Shown: positions 39,611 to 48,516 of the stretch, one piece after another | How positions within the stretch are numbered: position 1 is the first letter of the stretch | How the letters are laid out: each line of letters opens with the position of its first letter | Assembly (NCBI GenBank): GCA_050950765.1 | Contig: JBMNIF010000002.1 | Coordinates: 384,001-448,000 of the forward strand | Reading direction: 5' to 3' | DNA length: 64,000 nt | DNA from: Bdellovibrionota bacterium | GTDB taxonomy: Bacteria; Bdellovibrionota_C; UBA2361; JAAYZI01 | Program-made: the position numbers and the translations under genes | The notes under the pieces: generated by a model | What the model saw: the letters and a program-made list of their open reading frames with translations, nothing else | Database searches by the model: none | What the model was told of the DNA's origin: nothing

Positions 39611-40939
39611 GGGTGGCACCTTTTTAACCTCCGTCCAGATCTAGCTAATTCGCTTTGCAGTATCAGCCCGTTCTATCGTCCCTAGTGGGTGGCACCAGAT
39701 CTGCCAAATTCTAAGCTTTTACTAACATACTGATATTATTAGCTATCGTTATTTTAGAGTCTTTTAGCACTGGTGGGTGGCACCAAATTTTCGGCACTGT
39801 TACTGGTGGGTGGCACCAGATCTGCCAAATTCTAAGCTTTTACTAACATACTGATATTATTAGCTATCGTTATTTTAGAGTCTTTTAGCACTGGTGGGTG
39901 GCACCTTTTTAACCTTCGTCCAGATCTAACTAATTCATTTTTTAATATCAGCCCGCCCTACCGTCCCTGAAGGGTGGCACTTTTTTAACCTCCGTCCAGA
40001 TCTAGCTGACTCGCCCTGCAGTTGCAGCCCGTTCTAGCGCCCCTGAAAGGTGGCACCAGATCTGCCAAATTCTAAGCCTTTGCTAACATACTGATATTAT
40101 TAGCTATCGTTATTTTAGAGTCTTTTAGCACTGGTGGGTGGCACCTTTTTAACCTCCGTCCAGACCTAACCAACTTGTTCTGCAGTTGCAGCCCGCTCTA
40201 TCGCCCCTGAAGGGTGGCACCATTTTAACCTTCGTCCAGATCTAGCTAATTCATTTTTTAATATCAGCCCGTTCTGCGGTCATTAAAGGGTGGCACTAAA
40301 ACTAACCATTTTTAGTTAGGTGCTAACATATTGATTTTAAAGACTTCGTCCTTTTAAGCTAAGATTCTGCACTGGTGGGAGATTCTGCACTGGTGGGTGG
40401 CACCAGTTCTTAGCCCGTCTTAGTGGTGGGTGGCACCAAATTTTCGGCACTGTTACTGGTGGGTGGCACCAGTTTTTTACCACCCCGTCCTATCGTCCTT
40501 GAAGGGTGGCACCAGTTCTTAGCCCGTCTTAACTGGTGGGTGGCACCTTTTTAACCTCCGTCCAGATCTAGCTAATTCGCTTTGCAGTATCAGCCCGTTC
40601 TATCGCCCCTAGTGGGTGGCACCAGATCTGCCAAATTCTAAGCTTTTACTAACATACTGATATTATTAGCTATCGTTATTTTAGAGTCTTTTAGCACTGG
40701 TGGGTGGCACCTTTTTGACCCCCGTGAAAACCTAACTAACTTGTTTTTTAATATCAGCCCGTTCTACCGTCCCTAAAGGGTGGCACCATTTTAACCTCCG
40801 TCCAGATCTAGCTAATTCATTTTTTAATATCAGCCCGTCCAACCGTCCCTAGTGGGTGGCACCTTTTTAACCTCCGTCCAGACCTAACCAACTTGTTCTG
40901 CAGTTGCAGCCCGTCCAACCGTCCCTAGTGGGTGGCAGC
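39611..40939 (+). repeat. Mosaic non-coding array: 20 GGGTGGCACC cores separated by shuffled modules A-E
   Basis: Cores at 39611, 39687, 39775, 39808, 39896, 39972, 40048, 40136, 40212, 40288, 40395, 40428, 40461, 40504, 40538, 40614, 40702, 40778, 40854 and 40930; four have a single mismatch. Confidence 0.95.
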
Positions 40940-41060
40940 AAATTTTTAACCTCCACCATCACTAAAGTGCGATCTCTCAATTTAACAAAGCATTGAGAAA
41001 AAAAATCTATGTCGCTATAATTATTTCACGATTTTTAAAACTTATTAAGGTGTTAGGATT

Positions 41061-41633
41061 ATGTCAGATCAAGCAAAAGAAAATGTAGTCTATGGACCTG
41101 TTGATAACGGTATCCTTGGGGTTCAGTTTAAAATATTAAAAAGCCACTATGACGACAGAGGCTTTTTTCGTGAAGTAATCCGACACAACGACCCTGTCTT
41201 TTCAGAAGGACCTTTTGCCCAGTGGAGTCATAGCAGAATGCAAAAAAACGTCGTTAAGGCTTGGCACTACCATCATCAACAGATCGATTGGTGGTATGTT
41301 CCACTAGGTCAAGTTGAAGTTGTCCTTTTTGATTACAGAGAAGATAGCCCTACATACAGGACAAAGATGATCTTTCGCATGGGAGAAAGTGAAAAATACG
41401 GAGAAGACACCCATGAGATGTGCGTCAAAATCCCTTATCGAGTGCTACACGGTTGCCAAGTTCTAAGTGATGAGGCTCACCTCTTCTACATCACAAGTAA
41501 GACCTACAACCCACAAGATGAAGGCAGGTTGCCTTTTGATTCTGATGAAGTTCCTCATAACTGGGGCGCTGACGCTATCACTTGCGAACAAGATAGACGT
41601 TTAAATAAATTAACAACGCCTGTCTCTAAATAA
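41061..41633 (+). CDS. dTDP-4-dehydrorhamnose 3,5-epimerase family (RmlC-like cupin)
   Basis: DDRGFFRE, VVKAWHYH..Q, DYREDSPTY, IPYRVLHG. Confidence 0.85.
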   Translation: MSDQAKENVVYGPVDNGILGVQFKILKSHYDDRGFFREVIRHNDPVFSEGPFAQWSHSRMQKNVVKAWHYHHQQIDWWYVPLGQVEVVLFDYREDSPTYRTKMIFRMGESEKYGEDTHEMCVKIPYRVLHGCQVLSDEAHLFYITSKTYNPQDEGRLPFDSDEVPHNWGADAITCEQDRRLNKLTTPVSK

Positions 41634-41654
41634 ATTAAGCTAACCCGATCTCAC

Positions 41655-41689
41655 CTCTCTAAAGCTTTTTTCTTAAAAACTTTAGAGAG
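41655..41689. terminator. Possible bidirectional terminator between convergent genes
   Basis: CTCTCTAAAG/CTTTAGAGAG inverted repeat. Confidence 0.5.
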
Positions 41690-41801
41690 CGTTTTTAGTG
41701 CACTTACCCCTCACCTCGAGAAGCTCCTTGAAAAGCTACCTCTTCAGATACAAGGTGCACTTTATCTTTTATTATCTTTTATCTTTTTTTTATAAACTTT
41801 T

Positions 41802-42683
41802 TTATGAAACCACCCCTTTTTCAAGAGCTGCGATACGCGCCTCCATCGGTGGATGTGTACTAAAAAGCGCACAAAGACCTTTTGCATTACCTATGCCGCT
41901 TGCTGCCATCTCTTTCGGCAAAGCCCCCATATCGTCTCGCGAGAGAGCTTTTAAAGCATTGATCATATATTGATTATTACCCATCAATTTTCCTGCACCA
42001 GCATCAGCACGGAACTCACGTTGTCTTGAAAAATACATCACTACCATGCTCGCCAAGATTCCAAAGACAAGCTCAAACACTATTGAAGAGATATAATATC
42101 CGAAACCTGGTCCTTTAGAATCATTATCACTCTGCATAACCCGATCCAATCCCCACGCCACTACCCTTGAAAGGTACACAACAAAGGTGTTCACCACACC
42201 TTGAATCAAGGTCAAAGTTACCATATCACCGTTTGCAACGTGTGATATCTCATGCGCCAAAACAGCTTCAACCTCTTGTCTATTAAGGCTCTGCATCAAC
42301 CCTGAAGAGACAGCAACTAACGAACTTGACTTAGTGGCTCCCGTAGCGAAAGCGTTCGGTGCCCCTTCATAAACTGCCACCTCCGGCATGGGTAATCCAG
42401 CACGAGAGGCTAGTTTCCCTACTGTTTCCATTAACCAGATCTCTTCTTCAGTACGTGGCTGTTTGATAACTTTTGCGCCCGTATAAATTTTAGCCATCGT
42501 CTTTGAAAGTAGTAGCGAAATTATAGATCCGCTAAATCCGACTACTGCACAAAAGATCAGCAATGCCCCATAATCGATACCAGCATCTACTAAATAATAA
42601 TTAGCTCCCGTCAAACTCAAGATGATAGAGAACACCAACATAATGGCGATGTTTGTTATAAGAAAAAGAAAAACTCGTTTCAT
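41802..42683 (-). CDS. htpX: Membrane zinc protease HtpX
   Basis: MKRVFLFLITN, PNAFATG, AVLAHEISHVANGDMVT, FSRQREFRAD, FSTHPP. Confidence 0.96.
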   Translation of the reverse strand: MKRVFLFLITNIAIMLVFSIILSLTGANYYLVDAGIDYGALLIFCAVVGFSGSIISLLLSKTMAKIYTGAKVIKQPRTEEEIWLMETVGKLASRAGLPMPEVAVYEGAPNAFATGATKSSSLVAVSSGLMQSLNRQEVEAVLAHEISHVANGDMVTLTLIQGVVNTFVVYLSRVVAWGLDRVMQSDNDSKGPGFGYYISSIVFELVFGILASMVVMYFSRQREFRADAGAGKLMGNNQYMINALKALSRDDMGALPKEMAASGIGNAKGLCALFSTHPPMEARIAALEKGVVS

Positions 42684-43042
42684 CTAATTTATCTCCAACA
42701 CAAAAAAGCTGCGTTCCTTAACGCGCTGTACCTTATATACCATACCTATATAACCACCATTTAATAATATTTAAATCTTTTAAAAAGAAAAAGTATCCCG
42801 ATAAACGGTTTTTATTCAGTTGTAGCAACAAAAAAAGGTGGGTAGAATATCTTATCTTATACCTTCAGAGGAGCGCCGACAAAAAAAGGACAACCAAAAA
42901 GAGCGTATTCAGTTCTCTTTTCGATTGCCCTCACTCGCAGAAAGGATGGTGTCATGCCTAATGTATAAGAATATCGCCCGAATGGAGTTTTATATTAGTT
43001 TTTAGCGCACTTTTTTATAATATTTTTCTCTAAAGCTAAGTT

Positions 43043-44524
43043 ATGAGTATTATTAAGTTAATAAACATCAAAAGAGCTCTATTACTTCTCTCCGTTATTC
43101 TATTTTTTAATCTACCCTCTTTTGCGCAAAGCCTTACAGAGGAAGGAAGCGTTCTAAAATGTGATGCCACACCATATATAACTTTAGGCGAAGCAAATAC
43201 ACAGTCTCGCGCTAATAATCATGAAACCGCTTACGAACTTTATAAGAAGTTACTTACAGACCCAGAGACCTTTAAACGCATCGCTTCAGAAAATGAAAGA
43301 GGTCGGATAATGAGGGAAGCTTTTCGAGGTGCCTCTGAAAGTGTCAGCAATTTTAAAAAATTCTACTACGGTGGCTACGGAAGTGAGCTTGACGATTTTC
43401 TTACTGAGGTTACAGCACCTAGCACAACAGATTGGCGCATCTTACACACCGCAGGTCTGTTCTATATTGGCGGTGCTTTTCATCCTAAGGCACCCCTTGA
43501 GTTTCCTCCTAACGCTTCTAGCGGCGGCTGCCTTATCTCAGGAAAATTTTTTCGTGAATATCTTCATAATTACTATAATAACGACTCTTTTCAAAAAAGA
43601 TCTCCTCGTCTACCACACCTTGAAACTTACATTTTAAGAATGGCACAACTCAAGAACGTTACTAAATGTCTAAAAAAGGGGCGGCGTGTTTCTTCACCAC
43701 AGCGAGATCGAGTTTTAGGTTTGCAATTATTACTACGTGCTGCACGTTCAATCCCATATAAAACTAAAAGTAAGGAAGTTTGTAACTTCTATCTAGATAT
43801 CGCCGATACACTAGCAGATCAATTAATTAGTTATAGGGATCCTTTTTACTTTTCTAATAGTGTAATGAGAGGTGAGTTTTATTCTGGGAAAAATCTTACA
43901 GATCTGGAAACATTACCTGCCTATATAGATCTTTATTTTCATTCTTTAGATAGACGTCATTATGATACTTCTCTTTTCCCTCGACCACCAAGCTCTCTTC
44001 CATACCCTCGATTGGAGGTGCGATTTCGTCCTGATCCGTTATTTCCATTCTTATTACCAGATCCTCTCCCTACAAAGCCGGAAGATGTTTATTATGAACT
44101 AAGAGAAAGTTTTGAAAAAGCAAAAAACGATGGTGAAAGGTGGCGCTGGGCGTTACAACAAGTTGTAGAGCACGCTCCATCCAGAGAAGTAACAGAGTGG
44201 CAAAGTAAAACAGACTTAAGGCAAGCTGACTTTTTAGCATATAAGCTTCAAATACAACATTCCGACCTTAACAATCTTCCTAAAGAGTTAGCTTCTGATA
44301 TGCCCTCTTTAAAAGACTCCGAAACCATCGCCAAGTTTGCCACAGGAATAAAGAAAGTTACCCTTCCTGACAAGGTAAACTTTATTAAGATCTATAAAAA
44401 AATTATTGAAAGAGGCGACAGTATGAGCTACGTAGCTAGAGATTCCCTATGCCAAATTTATCGAATAAGACAGCAGCCAGAAAAGATAAAAATTTACTGT
44501 CCATCTCATTTCCAACCTTCTTGA
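43043..44524 (+). CDS. Exported hypothetical protein resembling the N-terminal region of Planctomycete-type alpha-2-macroglobulins
   Basis: Signal peptide ending SFA-Q; RDRVLGLQL, LTDLETLPAY, AKNDGERWRWAL, ETIAKFATGIKKVTLPDKVNFIKIY. Family similarity is recalled, not searched. Confidence 0.5.
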   Translation: MSIIKLINIKRALLLLSVILFFNLPSFAQSLTEEGSVLKCDATPYITLGEANTQSRANNHETAYELYKKLLTDPETFKRIASENERGRIMREAFRGASESVSNFKKFYYGGYGSELDDFLTEVTAPSTTDWRILHTAGLFYIGGAFHPKAPLEFPPNASSGGCLISGKFFREYLHNYYNNDSFQKRSPRLPHLETYILRMAQLKNVTKCLKKGRRVSSPQRDRVLGLQLLLRAARSIPYKTKSKEVCNFYLDIADTLADQLISYRDPFYFSNSVMRGEFYSGKNLTDLETLPAYIDLYFHSLDRRHYDTSLFPRPPSSLPYPRLEVRFRPDPLFPFLLPDPLPTKPEDVYYELRESFEKAKNDGERWRWALQQVVEHAPSREVTEWQSKTDLRQADFLAYKLQIQHSDLNNLPKELASDMPSLKDSETIAKFATGIKKVTLPDKVNFIKIYKKIIERGDSMSYVARDSLCQIYRIRQQPEKIKIYCPSHFQPS

Positions 44525-44565
44525 AGTTTTTAGTTTAAGAAGAAGTTTTTTTAAAGCATTTGGAA

Positions 44566-44685
44566 TGTCATCCACTAGGGACAATTGGACGGGTGGATAG
44601 TGAAGTAAAGAACTAGCTAGATCTGGACGGAGGTAAAAAAACCGCTAAAGGACGGTTGGACGGGGTGAAAGTACAGAACGAGTCC
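44566..44685 (-). repeat. Dispersed degenerate copies of array module A (about 1.5 units)
   Basis: CTAGCTAGATCTGGACGGAGGT and GGACGGTTGGACGGG match the reverse complement of module A. Confidence 0.85.
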
Positions 44686-44820
44686 CTATCTCTTCTCCTT
44701 TTAAAAGGGAGTGAAAAAATATAAAACTTGCTTAAAGTAGGAACCGTAAGCGGCACTTTCTTAAAAGCTCTCTTTAGGAAAGAAAAAGTGGTGCGCGCTT
44801 ACGTTATCTGCAATCTATTT

Positions 44821-45408
44821 TTATCTCTGTTCGGCAACCTCCTCACGCACCTGTTCTTCACAAGAGCGCATCGCCATAATAGTATCTTCAATCAATTTAT
44901 CTAAGCTCCAGCCTAATTGTTCCGCCCCTTTTTGTATCGTATCTCTGGAGCAACCGGCAGCGAATCTCTTATCTTTAAACTTTTTCTTTACACTGGAGAG
45001 CTCCATATCTTGCACGCTCTTTGATGGACGCATCTTAGCTGCTGCCCAGATCAGCCCTGTCAACTCGTCTGCTGCAAAAAGCACCTTCTCCATCTGATGT
45101 TGCGGCTCAATATCGCAACACAAGCCGTATCCGTGACTACAAATAGATTGAATCATCTCTGAACTAACACCACCTGCGCTTAAAAGCTCTACCGCTTTTT
45201 TACAATGCTCTTCTGGAAAAAGCTCAAAATCTATATCGTGCAGCAACCCCACGATCCCCCAATACTCCGCATCATCAGCATAGCCGAGTTGATTGGCATA
45301 CCAACGCATAACACCCTCTACGGTTAAAGCGTGTAAAATATGGAACTCCTCTTTATTGTGTTTTTTAAATAACTGTAACGCCTCATCTCGTGAAATTGCA
45401 CTCTTCAT
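44821..45408 (-). CDS. HD-domain (HDIG-like) metal-dependent hydrolase
   Basis: HALTVEGVM, GLLHDIDF, SHG, LFAADELTG, KKFKDKRFAAGC. Confidence 0.88.
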   Translation of the reverse strand: MKSAISRDEALQLFKKHNKEEFHILHALTVEGVMRWYANQLGYADDAEYWGIVGLLHDIDFELFPEEHCKKAVELLSAGGVSSEMIQSICSHGYGLCCDIEPQHQMEKVLFAADELTGLIWAAAKMRPSKSVQDMELSSVKKKFKDKRFAAGCSRDTIQKGAEQLGWSLDKLIEDTIMAMRSCEEQVREEVAEQR

Positions 45409-45539
45409 CTTTCCTCTCTTTTATAAACAGTAAAAAATCCTCTCTCTAAAAACACTTTTCTCAAGATAGTCACAAATAAAAGAAGAGCACAAGTGCGGTG
45501 ACAAAAAAAAGTAACACAGTATAAAGACAAAATAGCCGT

Positions 45540-46214
45540 TTACGCCCCATAAACAGAAAGGTATTCTCTAATTTGCCCCACCCTCTCCTCACTTAAAACC
45601 ATCCCACTAGAGTTTTCAGTTGAAAGATATTCGATAAGTTGATGGATGGTGAGGATGGGATAAATTGAGATGTTGAGATCTTGTTGAAGTTCTTGAACGG
45701 CGGAGAGATCGCCACTTCCTTTTTCAGACCTATCAACAGCGACGATAACACCTGAGATAATAAGATCGGTAGTTTCACGTAAGAGCGGTACTAATTTTTT
45801 AAATGTGGTACCGGCTGTTATAACATCATCAACGATGACGATCTTTTGTCCTGCCTCAAGTTTTTTCCCGACGAATAATCCACCATCTCCGTGGTCTTTA
45901 ACTTCTTTTCTATCAAAGGTAACGCCAACACTCTTTTGATATTTATCGGAGAGAGCGATAGCCGTAGAGACTGAAAGGGGGATCCCTTTATAAGCAGGAC
46001 CAAAAACGATATCGCACTCTAAATTGATCCGTTGAATGTGTGCTGCATAAAAAGCACCGAGCTTACCTAAGGTAACTCCAGTATTAAAGGAGCCGATATT
46101 TATAAAATATGGAGCCTTGCGTCCTGACTTCAAGGTAAAATCTCCAAACTTCAAAGCCTCAGACTGAACCAAAAAATCAGCGAACTCTTTCTGATAAGAT
46201 TGCAACTCTGCCAT
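45540..46214 (-). CDS. pyrE: Orotate phosphoribosyltransferase
   Basis: FGDFTLKSGRKAPYF, FGPAYKGIP, RKEVKDHGDGG, IVDDVITAGT. Confidence 0.96.
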   Translation of the reverse strand: MAELQSYQKEFADFLVQSEALKFGDFTLKSGRKAPYFINIGSFNTGVTLGKLGAFYAAHIQRINLECDIVFGPAYKGIPLSVSTAIALSDKYQKSVGVTFDRKEVKDHGDGGLFVGKKLEAGQKIVIVDDVITAGTTFKKLVPLLRETTDLIISGVIVAVDRSEKGSGDLSAVQELQQDLNISIYPILTIHQLIEYLSTENSSGMVLSEERVGQIREYLSVYGA

Positions 46215-46263
46215 AATTTTTCTCCTTTAAGTTATTATTAACAAATATATCTATTCACGATTG

Positions 46264-47559
46264 TTATCTGTTACGCCGTCCCCCTTTACGGCGCTGCCAC
46301 GGCTTATAGCTGCGCTGCGGACGGCTCTCTTTTTTATCGGTGTCTGCACCTGTTGATAATCTATCGATTAGACCTTGCGTTCTTTTATCGACATTTAAGA
46401 AGTTTAATACCAACTTAGCATCTTCAAAAGAGGAGTATTTATGCAAACGCCGAACGATAGCTGACCTCTCCGCTGCCGTTTCAAGCACTCTTATCATCTC
46501 CATGATATCAGTGATACGCTCCCGTTCCTTACGTGGAACCAGTAAGCGTTTAAAGTTATCGTGCATAAAAGTAGAGATCTCGTGTCTATCATTAAAATTA
46601 GTGGAAACTAACGGCGCTTCAGGATCTTCATTCGCCACAAAAACAGCCATCACGCTCAAAATTGGCGTGATACTCTCCAAACCGTTACTGAGAGCATAGG
46701 CATCAACTCTTTTTAAGGAACGCGCAAAGAGAGAGCGTGTTTGTAGCAGCTCATCTTGTCTACGGGAGATCTCAGGTAAAAGGTGTTGTAGAAGATGGTG
46801 CTCGGCGTATTGCTGCAAGATCTCAACGGCATATCCTGAAGTTAAATCTTTTTTCAATTCTTCATACAGACGCGCTCCCGAACACTGCTCTATCAGAAGG
46901 TGACGATTTGTTAACGCTGTTACACAAGACTGATCTAACTTACAACCTGCCCTAACAGCGTGCCGCACAGCTCTCAACATTCGCACGGGGTCTTCCAAAA
47001 AACGGATCTCAGGGTCTCCTATCACCCTTACTATACCGTTACGGAGGTCTTCCATCCCTCCAGTATAATCGATAACACTAAAATTTTTTAATGAATAAAA
47101 GAGTGCATTGATTGTAATGTCACGACGTAAAGCATCCGAACATTCATCACCGTAAACATTATCATCCATAAGAATTAAATCTTTCTCCTCGACCTCATCT
47201 GAGTTCAGATCTTCGGCAGTAATCTCATCGTGCATAGCCCTAAATGTAGAAACCTCAAAGAGCTTTCCGTTTCCAAAATAGATATGCGCCAGTTTGAAAC
47301 GTCTTCCGATGATTCTGCAATTACGAAAAAGTGATTTTACTCGGCGTGGTGTAGCATCAGTTGCTATATCAAAATCTTTCGGTGTCTTTCCAAGTAAAAG
47401 ATCGCGTACGGCACCGCCAACAAGATAAGCTTTATAACCGTTTCGCATCAAACGACGCATGATCTTCAAAGCATCAGAGTCTATATTTTTTCTGGACACA
47501 GAGTGTTCATCCCGTGTGTAAATACGTGGCTTAATTTTTGTGTCTTCTTTCTTTAACAT
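46264..47559 (-). CDS. pcnB: Poly(A) polymerase I
   Basis: LVGGAVRD..PKDFDIAT, PAP-type signature IIGRRFKLAHI, RRDITINAL, EDPVRMLRAVR. Confidence 0.9.
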   Translation of the reverse strand: MLKKEDTKIKPRIYTRDEHSVSRKNIDSDALKIMRRLMRNGYKAYLVGGAVRDLLLGKTPKDFDIATDATPRRVKSLFRNCRIIGRRFKLAHIYFGNGKLFEVSTFRAMHDEITAEDLNSDEVEEKDLILMDDNVYGDECSDALRRDITINALFYSLKNFSVIDYTGGMEDLRNGIVRVIGDPEIRFLEDPVRMLRAVRHAVRAGCKLDQSCVTALTNRHLLIEQCSGARLYEELKKDLTSGYAVEILQQYAEHHLLQHLLPEISRRQDELLQTRSLFARSLKRVDAYALSNGLESITPILSVMAVFVANEDPEAPLVSTNFNDRHEISTFMHDNFKRLLVPRKERERITDIMEMIRVLETAAERSAIVRRLHKYSSFEDAKLVLNFLNVDKRTQGLIDRLSTGADTDKKESRPQRSYKPWQRRKGGRRNR

Positions 47560-47890
47560 GTAAAAACGTTTTTCCCGAGTATATACAAAAAAGCGTTTGA
47601 GTGATTACCATAAAAAAGAATAAAACGCTAACTTTTTAACAAAATCAACAAGTTACACGAAAATTTAAGCACAAAGTTTATCACTATCCTAAACATTATT
47701 AACCTCTTTTTTATTATAAATTTGTATAATTTGTTAACAAATTCAACAGATAATGAACTTTCTTTTAAATAAATTGTTTTTTTAGGAGAGCTATCGAACA
47801 AAAGCACTTCCTGTTCTTATCTAATATAGGTAAGAGAAGGAGTGTAGGAAAGGACATTAAGCATAAACTTCTTTATGAGATAAGGGTTTT

Positions 47891-48514
47891 ATGGATATTA
47901 AAACAGAAATGGACAAGAGGGGGAGCTCTTGTCAAGAAACACTCTCTGCATCAGATATCGCACACCAGATAGAGCTAGTTTTATCAGGTAACAACAACGC
48001 CTTCGCTCCACTTGTTAACAGCTATAAAGATAAAATTTATAATAACATCCTTGCTCAAGTCGGAGACCCGACCCTTGCTGAAGATCTTGCGCAAAACACC
48101 TTTGTCAGAGCCTTTAAATATTTAAAAAGTTTTAGGGGTGACAGCTCTTTTTACTCATGGCTTACTAAAATAGCTTTAAATTGCGTTAAGGATTATTTTT
48201 CTTCGCGTGGATATCAACAGGCTAAAAGATTAAAAAGCCTCACCTCTACTCCAAATGACGACTCTATTTTAGAAGAGAGCTCAACAAACAACTTTGAGTT
48301 AACAGCAGAGCTTATCACCTCGATTCGATTTTATCTTTCACAACTAAGCGAAAAAAACAGAGAGGTCTTAATATTAAAGTTTTTTGAAGACCTCTCATAT
48401 CAAGAGATCGCCGACACACTTAAAATCCCGATCGGCACAGTCTCTTCTCGGATCAATCACGCTATTTTGACCTTACGTAGCAAGATGAATAACTCGACAC
48501 AGGAGGTATCTTAA
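47891..48514 (+). CDS. ECF-type RNA polymerase sigma factor
   Basis: AEDLAQNTFVRA..SFRGDSSFYSWL (region 2); LSYQEIADTLKIPIGTVSSRI (region 4). Confidence 0.93.
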   Translation: MDIKTEMDKRGSSCQETLSASDIAHQIELVLSGNNNAFAPLVNSYKDKIYNNILAQVGDPTLAEDLAQNTFVRAFKYLKSFRGDSSFYSWLTKIALNCVKDYFSSRGYQQAKRLKSLTSTPNDDSILEESSTNNFELTAELITSIRFYLSQLSEKNREVLILKFFEDLSYQEIADTLKIPIGTVSSRINHAILTLRSKMNNSTQEVS

Positions 48515-48516
48515 CT

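Noticed and set aside
39611..40939. CRISPR array or integron attC cassette array
   Set aside because: The constant part is only about 10 bp, intervening sequences are reused and vary from 23 to 97 bp, they hold no ORFs or attC-type long inverted repeats, and no cas or intI gene is in the window.
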